From contig NW_003526940.1 of the NCBI RefSeq assembly GCF_000181795.1, positions 1,879,854-1,943,853 of the forward strand: a DNA stretch of 64,000 bases, read 5' to 3'. Every line of letters starts with the position of its first letter. Position 1 is the stretch's first letter. The notes below the pieces were generated by a model that was not told where the DNA came from, ran no database searches, and saw only the letters and a program-made list of their open reading frames with translations. Shown in pieces: positions 33,158 to 45,344 of the stretch. The DNA comes from Trichinella spiralis. Lineage: Eukaryota. The position numbers and the translations under genes were made by a program.

Positions 33158-34694
33158 GGAGAAGATAAAAATGAACATGTGAAAAAGAATTTTTATGTGA
33201 TACATCTACTATTACTGTTTTATGAATAATCAGTTGCTTAAAATTATTATTATTATCATTATTCTTTGTTAGGGAGGCAAATGTACGCGCACGGTAGTTC
33301 TCAATTTGATGCTTAACTGGTGCACTTGCAATTTTATTTCATGAATAAAGCTGCGTAAGGGCATTCTTTTGAAAGCAATTTATTATGTCTTAAGCAGTTT
33401 CCAATAATATATGTGCAACAGATGTGCATATATAAAAGTGACTGAATGAAATTGCCGATGCTGTTCAGAAAAAAGTGATATAATTCCGTAAGTTGCGTTC
33501 GGAATTATCAAATGCATAATTGTTTGATTGTATGAAATAGTTTTTCAGATGTAATCAAGAGAAATTTTGTTTTTAACCTTTTCAGACCGACTGTATCAGT
33601 TTGGATATGTAATGTTTTACGACTGCCATATGTATTGCCTGCAAACTATTTGTTAACTATGCAACTGTTCATATGTTTTTGAGACTTGCGTTAATTATTT
33701 TTAGCAGTCGATTTATTTGTTGTGTGAGGGGATTTTTGGAAAACGTCCCTAGCTGAAGCAAAAAACAGTGAATTTGAATTTTGATGTCTAAGCTGGCAAC
33801 TCCTGAAAATTTAAGTATGGTATTTTTTTAGTGTAGAAATTGGTGCAAATATGGCATTAACCATTGAATTACTGAGACATTTTTGCACCAAATTTGGAAA
33901 ATGAGGTTTATGGAAACTCAAGAGTTTCATGGCTGAACTTCTTTTTGAGGATTGTTCGACAAAAAAATTCGCAGAGTTTAGATGTGATGAGAAATGTGTT
34001 TTATTTCGATTTTTTGTTTTTAGTGATTTGTGAATACAGTGTGTTTGCGTTTATATATTTTCATCCTTTTTTTGGTGGATTGATCAGTGTGGGTGGTTGA
34101 TGTCAGTAGTCGCGGTAAGCGCAGAACATTTTTTAGGCAGCTGTAGCCAGTGGCGTCTGCAACAGCTGCGACAAGCGGTGACCAGCCCAGGAAATTGCAA
34201 TCGATTGATGAGTCGAATTGCTGGAACAATTTCTGTGCACTTTTGACACAGCAGCATGCGCCATGAATAATCCTTAATATCCATATGTTCCTTGTTATGT
34301 TTATCAGTATGTTAAGTTAAAATAACAAGAATAACCATTGTGACTGATATACACATGCGTTTTTAAAACTTCGAATAATTTAGCAGATTTTACTACATAC
34401 TGCAAAAAATTTGTGCCACTTTATGCATGTGAATATCATGGACAGAAAAACAAAGTTGCGTCCAGAATCGACAGTCAGTGAAGATGGTTGCTCATTTCTC
34501 AGTTTCATGGCAGCTGTCACAGATGTATCTTGAAAGAACAGAAGAGTGCTAGTAACACACGAACTGATGATACAGGTCATAATATGACTGCTGATTTTCA
34601 GGAGCACATACAGCACTTTCCTCTTCTGCGGCTCTCTTTACGAAATGCTGGCTTGCATCAGAGTTGGGAATCACCGCTCGTATCGCCCTTTGAA

Positions 34695-34821
34695 CGGTTT
34701 GGTACTACTCGGTCCCGCTTTTCTCTCATTGGTCTTTACCCACGCTATTTTATTGGATCGTCAAATCTTAATCACAACTGAAGAGTTTGAATCAATGAGC
34801 AATTAGACAAGGAAAACCAAT
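34695..34821 (+). mobile_element. Left terminal inverted repeat of a Mutator/Phantom-family MITE, cut by an N gap
   Basis: About 70 nt from 34695 are the reverse complement, with few mismatches, of about 42660-42734. The subterminal part also matches 61585-61677 of the FLYWCH-MULE element. Confidence 0.8.
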
Positions 34822-35446
34822 NNNNNNNNNNAGTTCATCAAATCTGCCGGCTTGGCATAAGAACTGATTCTATGCATAATCAGGGATTGAAGAATAAGGT
34901 TAGAAGGTAATGGCTTTAGCATTCTTCCTGGTAACTTCTTTCTGCTGGTAGCTCTTCTTTTACTTCTTTCTACAGATCTTTTTCACCCTTATATATTCCA
35001 TTTCTCTTTATTATTTCACCGATTTTATAAATATTCAATCATTATTTGTACTGAAATTACGTTAAATTTGTTTCAACTATTCGATGACGTTACATAAACA
35101 TTGAATTGCTATTTATTTGCATTATGTTGGTGGCAAAAAATTTGAATTTGGAGAGTCTGAATCATAAAATAAAAATCGACATTGTAAATCGCTTCTTTAG
35201 TCTTTAAAAATAACATATTGAAAATTTTCTGCTTCATCTTTATTTGCATTGCGTATTTCATAAATGAGATGTATAACCTTAATATTTTTCCAATGTAAAT
35301 TCTACAGAACAATATTTTGTATATTTTGTTTTTTTACTTTAAAAATAAACATTTTATGGCATTCTTTTTATAAATTCAGATAATTAAACACATACAGCAA
35401 TTATTTAATTAAACATCTGAACAAAGAACGCTCGACTCTACTATAC

Positions 35447-35454
35447 TATAAAAA
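35447..35454 (+). promoter_or_regulatory. Candidate TATA box (TATAAAAA) 60 nt upstream of the cystatin-like ATG
   Basis: Consensus match at a plausible distance, but the AT-rich background lowers specificity. AATAAA at about 36304 follows the stop. Confidence 0.4.
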
Positions 35455-35506
35455 CCGCGTTTTACAAAATAAAAATCATTCTCTTCACGAAATCACAATT
35501 AATACA

Positions 35507-36232
35507 ATGCAAGTTTTAGCAGCTTTTATCTTCTTTTTCATGGCTGTTATGCCTGAAATCAATGCAGATTCGGTATGTTTGTAAAATTATGCAGAGTTTA
35601 AATTATATTCGACTATTTCTCTCTCATTCAAATCAATGTTTAATAAAAACATGTAAAGTTCACCGAATTAGGCATATCAGAATATTCATAATTATAACTT
35701 GCATTTAATTTTTCCAAATTTTATTCAAAATGCATTTCTATATTGAATTGCTTTCACGTAAGAGCACTGATAAAATGTAGCATTACTTATTACAACCTTG
35801 ATAATAATAGTGGAATGATAAATGTGGTAATCATTCCTAAGTATTATGCATCATTAAATTAGTTTATTCTTTATAATGATTAGTTGTTTAGAGTGCATTG
35901 GAAGAAGCCAAAGATTACATTTACCAATCTGATTTGCAAAGCGGTAAAGGCCATTTCCGCAGAGTTCTCGACGTAAAGGATGTCGACAGAAGTGAAGGAT
36001 TATCCTTAACAATAGATGCTCTTTCAACTACATGCCAAGTGTCATCAGAAGTATGCAAAATTTTATTTTAATGTAAAACCTCTAACGCGTTGTTATATTT
36101 CAGATTAGTCAAGAACAGGTGTATTCTGATGAATGCCCCATCACGAAAGTGGAATACGACGAAATAGAATGCCATTTGAAGCTTGACCATTCTAAAACTG
36201 GCCAGCTGGAATGCACATATTATGGAGCATAA
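35507..36232 (+). CDS. Small secreted cystatin-fold-like protein, 117 aa; exons 35507-35572, 35892-36050, 36104-36232
   Basis: Signal peptide MQVLAAFIFFFMAVMPEINA; three phase-0 GT-AG exons; four Cys in type-2-cystatin-like arrangement (TTC..EC..IECHL..LEC); no QxVxG or PW motif. Resembles a Trichinella ES protein family as I recall it (unverified). Absent from the ORF track. Confidence 0.85.
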
Positions 36233-36796
36233 ACTATAATGATAAAATCGTTTGCTGCTATGTTGGTGTAAAATTGAAATTTGCTGTTTTGAAGACTAAC
36301 GAAAATAAAATCTAATACTTTTTTGCAATTGTATTTTCACTTTTCAAGAATTCCAATATGTTCAAATTTTTATACAGCAAAAATTTTATAATTTTACAAG
36401 AAAATATAATATGAAAAATCCTACTGCTTGCAATTTTGTTGATTTACATTAATTTAATAGAACCTTAAGCATAAAACAAATTCTATGAGCATTTATCAAA
36501 AGGGCATTCATATATCCAAGTAAACGGTGAGTGTTTTGTCCAGTATATGAAAATAAATTTTCCGTACGTAATACAGACAATTTTTTAATTAAAAAAATTA
36601 ATAAATCTTCTCTGTTGTAAATAAGCCTAAAAATTAACGTAACTATGTACAGCTAATCTTTGGAATGTAAAATGACGCGCCAATAATACTTGAATCGATG
36701 GATAATTGTTTTACATATGCATGGTTATTTTTGGTAATTGTTTATTATTTGTGAACAGTTCAAATTTAATGTTAATGTAGGTTGTGCAACTATTAT

Positions 36797-37564
36797 AATA
36801 TCAAATTTCTCGGTTACATTCATCGCACATATGCTCATTTTAATAATTTTCAAGTTTTCAATCAAGTTTTAAAATATAAATAAACACTGACATACAGATT
36901 CAAGATTAATTTGCATCTCATTGACGTTAAAAATGATTGTGAATTGTGAAAAAATTTACCACGGCAGTTTTCATGCACAGCTTTGAACATATCTTAATAA
37001 ATAAAAAGGACAGTAATTAAATTTAGAAAATTTTCTTATTGTTGAATGAGTATAATTATTCATTATTGCAATTTATGAATAATTATAATGATGAGTGATT
37101 TTACTGAATTTTGCACATTACAATTCAACTGCTTTTGTTTTTCCTTTTCCAATTGTTTATTTATTACTCATTTTGTTATGTATAAATTATCATCAACATT
37201 ACTATTAATGCTAGTGATAGTAGGTATTGTATAAGGACATACATTTGTCTATTGTCATAAATGCAAAAAAAATTTACAGCTTCATTCGTATTTATCCTCT
37301 GTCTCGTAGATCAGAGTATGATTATGTTGATAGAAAATCAAATTTAAAAAATAAGAGAAAATAAGACGAAGAATGAATTAGCGAAAAATATAAATACAAA
37401 AGAGGTTATTTTTCATGTGACATTCGTTTCAAAAAAATCATAATTCACAAATTAATCTTGAATCTCCAAGTCTGTGTTTATTTATGTTTTAAAACTTGAT
37501 TGGAAACTTGAAAATTATTAAAATGAGCATATGTGTGATGAATATAACCGATAAATTTGATATT
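36797..37564. mobile_element. MITE-like element: about 117 bp inverted repeats (36797-36913 and 37448-37564) around an AT-rich spacer
   Basis: AATATCAAATTTCTCGGTTACATTCATCGCACATATGCTCATTTTAATAATTTTCAAG...CAAGATTAATTTG has a reverse-complement match of roughly 90% by eye. No TSD recognised. Confidence 0.75.
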
Positions 37565-37706
37565 GTTAAGAAAAATTAACAAAAACTAGTTGTTGCAAAC
37601 AGAATACTGTCAGAAAAAGCGGTTAATTCAGATTATATAAATTTACAGTTTTATACAGCTGTGCAGTTGATTTTAAAAATTCCAAAGGAATTAAATTTTT
37701 AAAAAG

Positions 37707-39282
37707 ATGATCCGTTTTTGTCTTCTGACTCAAATTACACTAATTTATTGTGCTCATTTGCATTATGGCGCTCCGTTTTTGGACTATAATTCACAACAAC
37801 TTCAAATTGTCAGTTGCAGCAAGGCTGAAAGAATTGTCAAATTTATTCAAAACGTTTCTAGCGTGGAATCTTTAAATCAGAAAAACAACCTCAGGGCTGC
37901 TATTTCTTGTACTATGAATTATGTTCTTGATGAATTTGTTAAAAAAGATTTTCAGGTAATTAATCTCTTTTCATTTAAAATTTGCCAGCATTTCTGTTTT
38001 TGTAGTCCTCTGCATTCGTTTATTCCCTAAAATTTTATACAAATTATTGAAATTTAATTATTAGAAATGGGAAACTTTTAAGTTGTAAAAATAAAAAAAT
38101 CATGCATACAGTAAAAAGGAGGAAATAAATAAATATATATATGTGAATTTTAGTTGAAGAAGTGTCATTGGATGAAAATGCAAAATCTTCAAATTGATTC
38201 TGATCATCTTTTGTTCTGTTTTGAAGATAAATTTGTTTCTGCATTGAAAATTGACTTCTACAAGTATTCCTCTCAATTTATTTAACACCTGTTATTATAT
38301 TTTTTTTTATTTAGAAATTTCTTGAAATGCTGTATCATTGATGAAAAGTATACTGCTATATGCAAAAATGACAATATTCAGAAATTTTATAAAATTCCCA
38401 TCTTGGCTTCTCAGATCGAATTTAGTTAAGTCATTTTATTGCAACTGAAAAATTATTCAACTTTAAAAAATTATTTATTATTAGATGTAGATTAAATTGA
38501 AAAAATTATCATTGTAAGAATAATCAAATTTGGATAAATTTAAATTTTTAGTCATCGATCAGTCATCTTTCAAATTAAAATTATTCATATTCAATTTCAA
38601 CTTTAGAAAGAACGTGTGGACATTCGAATATTGCTTACGCAGTGGTGAGTTATCTGTAATTTTTATACCATATTATTTTTCAATGATAATTTCATTGACT
38701 TTAGTGATTAATATGTATTCATAATTTTGTTCACAATACTGACTTTGAAAGTGCATTCAAGTTCAAATATAACAAAAATATGTTCCTAAAAATAAAAAGT
38801 GAAGTCATAAAAAATAATGTTGTAAATACAATTTGAATTTAACTCAGTTATGAAGCATTCTATAATTGAATATTTTTTAGAGTATAATAATAAACGGATA
38901 ATCAAAAAATGGAAGCGAAGTAATAACTCCAAAATTCAAATTCGAGCAAAACGTCAATATTTTATTCCAAACGCTTACGATGTCTATAGTTCTCTCGGTG
39001 GCTTCGATATTTATGACCATCAGGCATACAGTATGGTGAATAAATTTGGTGCAATTAGTTTTAATTCGGTGTTTTTTCTTGTGTTCAATTGTTTTTTCAG
39101 CTGTTGGGACCATGGATTCGTTGATCAATGATTTGAAAACTATTTGTCGATTCAACAGTCCTTCCTGTGACATTTTGTCAACAGAAGATATCCTGCATTC
39201 AGCATTCTGGACCCGGATGCCCCCAAACATAAACGCCAATTACATTAACGATCGAGCAGCTATTGCTATAACAGCTATATGA
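37707..39282 (+). CDS. Orphan secreted protein, about 266 aa, with a furin-type site; exons 37707-37955, 38154-38263, 38315-38424, 38881-39030, 39101-39282
   Basis: Signal-like N-terminus MIRFCLLTQITLIYCAHLHYG. Five GT-AG exons total 801 nt with no internal stop. TATATAA at about 37635. Basic sites KKWKR and RAKR. No family recognised. Confidence 0.65.
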
Positions 39283-40509
39283 GTTGCGCCTTTGAAAATA
39301 AAATAAACAAATTTGTTTTGCATTTTTGGGCACAGAAATTAATTAAATTACGTACTGCTATTATTTGCTTATTTTAGAAAGCAATATTTAAATTTAATTG
39401 AAGCTGTGTGTTTTGCAAAGCATTGTGATAAACTTATTTTGACACTAAAATTTATATTGCTTTTTTGCCATAATAATAATAATAACAGTTGATTGAAAGA
39501 TACGTATTGAATTTACTTTGAGCAGTAAAAGCGGAAAATTTTAAGCTTTAATTAATTTTTAACAGTATGACTTTTTTTCATTCCGAGCAGCACAATTTTA
39601 ACATTATATATGAAATTTGTAATTTAATAATTCATAAATGAAATTAATATAAAAGTAAATGCTATTGAAAGTAACGTTTATGTCATATTTTTGTATGCGC
39701 AGTTGCAAGATAAATTGAAGTGAAGTAAGACATTTGCAAAATGCTTTTGTTCTTTTATTCTTTCATGGAAACTTATTTTCAAAAGCTAAATATTCACCAC
39801 TGACACTGGCATCATGTAGATAGAATTGAATAATTTACAAAGATCGAAAGATGCATGCAAAATGGAATGCATTCATGGACGCTTAAGACAAAGACGAGAT
39901 CTATTTACATTAAATTAGAACAAAAGTGATGCATTTAGCATTCGATTTACTCATTTGCATTATTCATAAAAGTAGACTTCTTTGTTGTTCAGTTCAACTT
40001 TAAGATGGTATTTTTGCAAAGATGAAACTGAATTTTCAATAATTTTCCTCCATCAATGGAATTGTTTCCTCGCAATTAACATTAATAATTATTCAACGAT
40101 ATTCATTATTGTTACAACTTTATCGCTTGCTTGAATTAATGCGAATCAATAAACATATAGATAGTACGGTTATCCACTTTCTACGTATGGATATATTTTT
40201 CATTCATTTACAAATTATGCAAAATTAATTTCATGCACTCGAAACAGGCATTCACTTACGTTGCATGAATTTTATAGATTACCAGATGATAGATAGTTTT
40301 AGCAATTATTTTCGATATGTACTTTGGGTAAAAAATTCTCATAAATTGGAATTGCAACAAGTCATCTGTTATTTCAACTATAATTTAAGATTTAAATTAT
40401 ACTGCATTGTAAACTTTAAAATTGCCACTGCCAGCTTTTTAATCAATCAACCAATGTGTCCTACGTGGATTACAATGCTTACAGTACAGTTCAATATTCA
40501 ACTGTTCTG

Positions 40510-42481
40510 AAAGCTTAATTAATTAATTTTTCGATTCATTTCTTTTCTTATCTTATCTATTGATAAACTTACGATAAAAGTAAATAAATTTTTTTGATTT
40601 TCTAAAAAACTGTTTCAGTTATTTAAAAAAATTATGAATGAGAATAATTTTATTACAATTTTAGAACATTATTTTTTACAACAAATTACCCATTAAATGA
40701 TATATTTAATTGGTTCAAATTAAATGCGTTTTCTATTTGTCATTTACTCTTGTAATGAAACTTCAAAAAATTGAATAATCGACCATTTTTTTCAGTTAAA
40801 AAATATGGAAATTTTTGAATTTATTGTGACAACCTTATTTTGATTTGAACCTGGTTTAAAAATGTCTTGTTTTTTCAATTTTTTACCAGTTTGTGCATGT
40901 TGGACATTTTGGAAAATTTAATCTTTTTATTAAGTTCTATACCGCCTCCAAGCGTTCCTAAAAGTCTCGGTTTATCAATTTTATTTCATCATTTATTTGT
41001 TGTTTCGCAAATTTACAAATGCTTTACGATTATTAATAATAATAAATCATTATGAATCATGTGATTGTGACATAGGAATGGCAAAATGAACTTGCACAAC
41101 CGATTGTTACGTTAAATTTGTTGATAATTTTTCAATAAGCTATTCTATTGTTCGTTTGCATAATGAAAATTTACATTCATGAATATGTAGTATTTGATGG
41201 ATTTTATATTAAGATTGAATGCTATATTTGCGTAAGGGGCATTTCATTGTCTAAATGTGTGTAAGTCGAGAAAGCATTTCATCGACCATCGACCAAATTC
41301 AGAGGTGATGATGATGAGCTGATAATGAAAAACTGTTGTCAGCAAAAGTATTATAAATGAGAATTTTTGTATATTAAAAATAGCATATGTCATAGCAAAG
41401 AGATGACAATTGGATTTATGAGATGAAATTTGAAAATTCTATGTTCAAATTCAAAAAAGATAATTTCATTACTGACTGAAATTCATCAAAAGATGATAAT
41501 ATTTCAAAAAAAAATTATTATGATAATAAGAATAATAAAACAAAATAAAAGGATACAATAAAAACAGAATGGGAATGGTGGAGTAAAGCAACAAGAAGCC
41601 GATGACGTCATCGGTAGCTTGTTGTGCCAACAAGTAGCAATTAAATGGAAGACGTGAGACAGCATTTGCATTATTAAACAAACGACGCAGCAGTTTTGAC
41701 CGTGTGCGTTTGTTTGAGCGAAAAATGAACTTTGTTCACAATTGTAATGCCACTTTCACCAGTTTAAGAATTGTTCGATTCGTCGAAACGTTCCAATCAA
41801 CTGAATATTTTATTTAAAATTCCGCTTAAACTTTAAAATGCAAACTGATCCATTATTATCATTATCATTCTTCATCCGCATAAGCGGCTTTCATTTTTCA
41901 AAATTCTACTCTACATATGCTTTTCCTTTTCTCTCATTAATCCATCATCATCATCATCACGGATCTCAGCTTCATCTGCGACAATACTCACCTTGAACAT
42001 TAGCTGCTTCACTTTGAAGGTATATTTGATTCAACAGTTGTATTTGTTTAGATAAAGTTGAATTTATTAATAAAACAATTACTATACAGCTCATTATTCA
42101 TTATGCTTTCTCCTTTTTTTTAAATTAATTTCATTAAATACTTTTTCTGTGTTGTAATAAAAATGAAATTTCTACCAGAATTTATCAATAAAAGCTATTT
42201 TAATTAAAATAAAAATGTAAATAAAAGCCGTTGAGATTTTTGAACACTTTTTTCGATCACTTAAAACAATCAAACAGCAATAAAAAGCGGTCTAATAAAT
42301 GAGTAAATTGCTTTTGAAAGGAAATTTCCTTTTGGCCATACGAATGGTCATTTATTTTAATTTTTAATTGTCAGAAAGGGCATTTGGTTCATAAAACAAC
42401 AAAAAGGAAGTTCAATCCCAAAGCATAGTAATTCCTTTTTTTTTCTTTGATTTATTTGATGATAATTATTAAAAATATTAA
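40510..42481 (+). repeat. About 1.95 kb direct duplication, copy 2 (copy 1 at 11284-13218)
   Basis: Same sequence as 11284-13218; differences cluster at both ends as homopolymer indels; ends at an N gap. Confidence 0.95.
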
Positions 42482-42491
42482 NNNNNNNNNN

Positions 42492-42734
42492 CACGCTATT
42501 TTATTGGATCGTCAAATCTTAATCACAACTGAAGAGTTTGAATCAATGAGCAATTAGACAAGGAAAACCAATACGACAAAGGTTTCACTGAGCAATTAGA
42601 CAAAGAAAACCATTACGACAAAGACTTCACGGCCAAATAAAATGAAAACCAATACAACAAAGATTTGACGGTCTAATAAAATAGCGTGGGCAAAGACCAA
42701 TGAGAGAAAAGCGGGACCGAGTAAAACCACCCCG
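42492..42734 (+). mobile_element. Body and right TIR of a Mutator/Phantom-family MITE with internal tandem subrepeats
   Basis: Repeated GAAAACCAATACGACAAAG units. The end is inverted relative to 34695. The first 81 nt are identical to 34741-34821. Confidence 0.8.
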
Positions 42735-42821
42735 TGGCCGCCGTCTGGAATCTCGTTCCTTGAACTATTTACATTCTGTCAAGCAAATGAGAAAGGAATA
42801 TTTTTCAACAAACAGTGAAAG

Positions 42822-42856
42822 AGCAGCGTAGCGCAACGGAGTTAGAAGCATGCTTG
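42822..42856 (+). pseudogene. Possible 5' fragment of initiator tRNA-Met (tRNA pseudogene or SINE head)
   Basis: AGCAGCGTAGCGCAACGGA..GAAGCATGCTTGG versus nematode tRNAi-Met 5' AGCAGCGTGGCGCAGTGGAAGCGTGCTGGG (recalled). No anticodon arm or T arm. Confidence 0.3.
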
Positions 42857-45344
42857 GTGGTAGAGTCAAGAAGAAGGCGGAAGTGAAAATTGAGTGGTTT
42901 TGTTTATTTCACATTTTTTTGTTCATTTTGTTTTTGCATAAATTTTATGTAAAAGAGAAAAAAATATATTTTTGTTTACCAAAATTCAATATTTCTGTTT
43001 CTTATCATTATTTTATGTTTCTCAAGTGTTTCAAAATTTCAGAACTGGAGATTGTATAGTATTGAGCTGAGATTGATATTGAAACAAATTTTAAAATCAG
43101 TTCTGGATCAGCATGGTTGATAATTAATTTTTCTTTAACATCATGTTGTTATTTCTGAGATGGATCAGCAGCAAGTAAGATTGCTTTCGAAGAGCACTTT
43201 ATTATTACAGCATGCAGTGAAACACAAGAAGAAAAATAAGGAATAAACAGTAAAGGGAAAATCACTAAGACTAAACTAAACAGTAAAGGGAGAATCACTA
43301 AGACTGAACAAATGCAAAGAAACGCTTTTTATGTTGTAAAGCAATGATTTAGCCCACAGCAAAATTTTACACAAGCTTAACCCAGATGTCTGAGCAAACA
43401 ACGCTGACTGAACTATGATTCGTCGCTGTGTAGAGTCGTAGGGTACATTGTAATTTCACGTATCTCGTTTTGATGCAGAAAATTAAGGTTTCTGATTTGT
43501 ATTAAAGGATAGGTGGTTTTCTCAAAGATGCAAAATTTAGTGGTGCAAAACAAATAAAGTGATAAAAAGTCCACTTTTGAAAAAGCTCTTCAAATGTTAA
43601 ACAAGGTTAGCTTAAAGATTCATTAAAAAGTTAGTTTAAAGTAAAACGATTTCTCAGAAGTTATCAGCAGATGATGCAACAACGGTATGGTATAATTTAA
43701 AGCGGTTCATATACAACATTCAAAATAATGGTAAACATTTTGTGTTTTTTTTTTACATTTACGGGGTTCATTTACGAAGAAGCAGTCATGAATTAAAAAT
43801 TGAATTAACCTCTGACTTTCAACATTCAGTAAAACTGTTTCTTGAAAATGGAACTGAAAGATGAACTGTAATAATCATTAGTGATAACTCATTCAAAGTA
43901 TTTTTTAAATTTAAATGCAAATTCAGTAATAAAAATGAACTGTAATTTTTTCAAATATTTAGTGGTATGTAATGACAAGCTTTTAACAAGAAAAAATGAT
44001 AAAAGACAGTGATACTATAGCGTGTGTCTGTCCACCGTTCTGATAACATTAAATTAACATTAAATGTGATTACATTAAATTAGTATTCAGAAAAAAAATT
44101 TAATATTCAAACAATTGAAGAATAAACGGCATGATTAGTAAAATATAATGCCTTAATTTTTTAACAAAACAAAGAATTGCTGCATCAATTGAAAGTGCAC
44201 AAACTTTTTTTCCTCTGATCATCAACTTCCATTGGTGCATAATTTCCAGAGAATTTTCATTATCAGTACTAGCTGACTGACTGTTACAAAGTTGTGCATA
44301 ACTTGAGTTCACTGCGCCATGTTCTATGCTCATGATTACCAACAAGAATTTTACGTCACCGTTGAGATGTCCAAAACAATTGTCGTACAGGAAATAACTA
44401 AATGCTTATTAGTGAACTTCTATTAACATCTTTTCATTTAACTGTTTATTTATTTATTTATTTGACTTAATCTATTAAGTGAAAAACTTCGACTATGAGA
44501 ATAAACTTTGAGTTCGTCAAGGGACAAATTATATTATAAAATGTATGATCATCATCCCATCTTTTTATTCACGATTCAATTGCATTAATCTGGAAATTAT
44601 TCTAGAATTAAAAGTTAAATTCACTGTTTATCAGTTAGAGATTGTAATTGTGTTACTGTGTTTTTTGTTTGGCTGCTATAGGGAACCCGTAATTGAAGGC
44701 AACTCATAGACATGTTCAGTTTTTGCACTTGACTTTGTACAGATTACTGCCAAATTACAAATTGTAATGAAATACAGAAACAGATAATCAGGTTTATTTG
44801 GTGAATTTCTCATTAATATAATATAAAAAACGCCATTTCTCTCAGATTTAATTATAATAATTGATTAAAATTAAAGTTCGTTAAATAAATACATTTCAAA
44901 TCTATTTAGTTTTGAAACTATAGATTAAAATTATAAGTATTATATGTTTCTATATAAATTATATAAACATGGACTAAAATTAAAGGAGCATAAAATTGAT
45001 TCAGAAAATGACCATTGATAGGAAAAAAAATAATCAACAAATAGAACTCATCGGAGCGACAGCTAATAAAACATAGAGATTTGCATCGAATGGACAACCA
45101 ATGATATTTAGCTACGCGCATCAGAATTTAATAAAATAAAGTCTAAAATTGTTTCTTTCAAAAGCCTACTGTTTCTTTGTACTGTATTCATTATATTGTG
45201 GCATTTCACTTTAATAATAGAGATTTAATATAGTAACAACATAAATTGAATGCATTACACTATACAGTGCATAATACTGAACAAAAATACTTCTTTTAAC
45301 TGACGTTGAAATGTACTATTAAACATTTTACTTGTAATTTTTAT

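Noticed and set aside
33894..34690. GC-richer patch with several short overlapping ORFs
   Set aside because: No motif, splice chain or repeat boundary could be supported.
36661..36680. TGGAATGTAAA resembling miR-1 (also seed-like hits near 13974, 44684 and 51956)
   Set aside because: Only the 5' portion matches and I saw no precursor hairpin.
42550..42670. Spaced repeats superficially like a CRISPR array
   Set aside because: Degenerate subrepeats inside a MITE in a eukaryotic scaffold; no unique spacers or cas genes.
34695..42734. 8-kb Pack-MULE carrying two secreted genes
   Set aside because: No TSD, both inner junctions are N gaps, and the 81-nt identical overlap indicates the flanking contigs join directly.
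43145..43447. Possible minus-strand solo LTR with a 33-bp tandem duplication
   Set aside because: Termini and TSD could not be defined.
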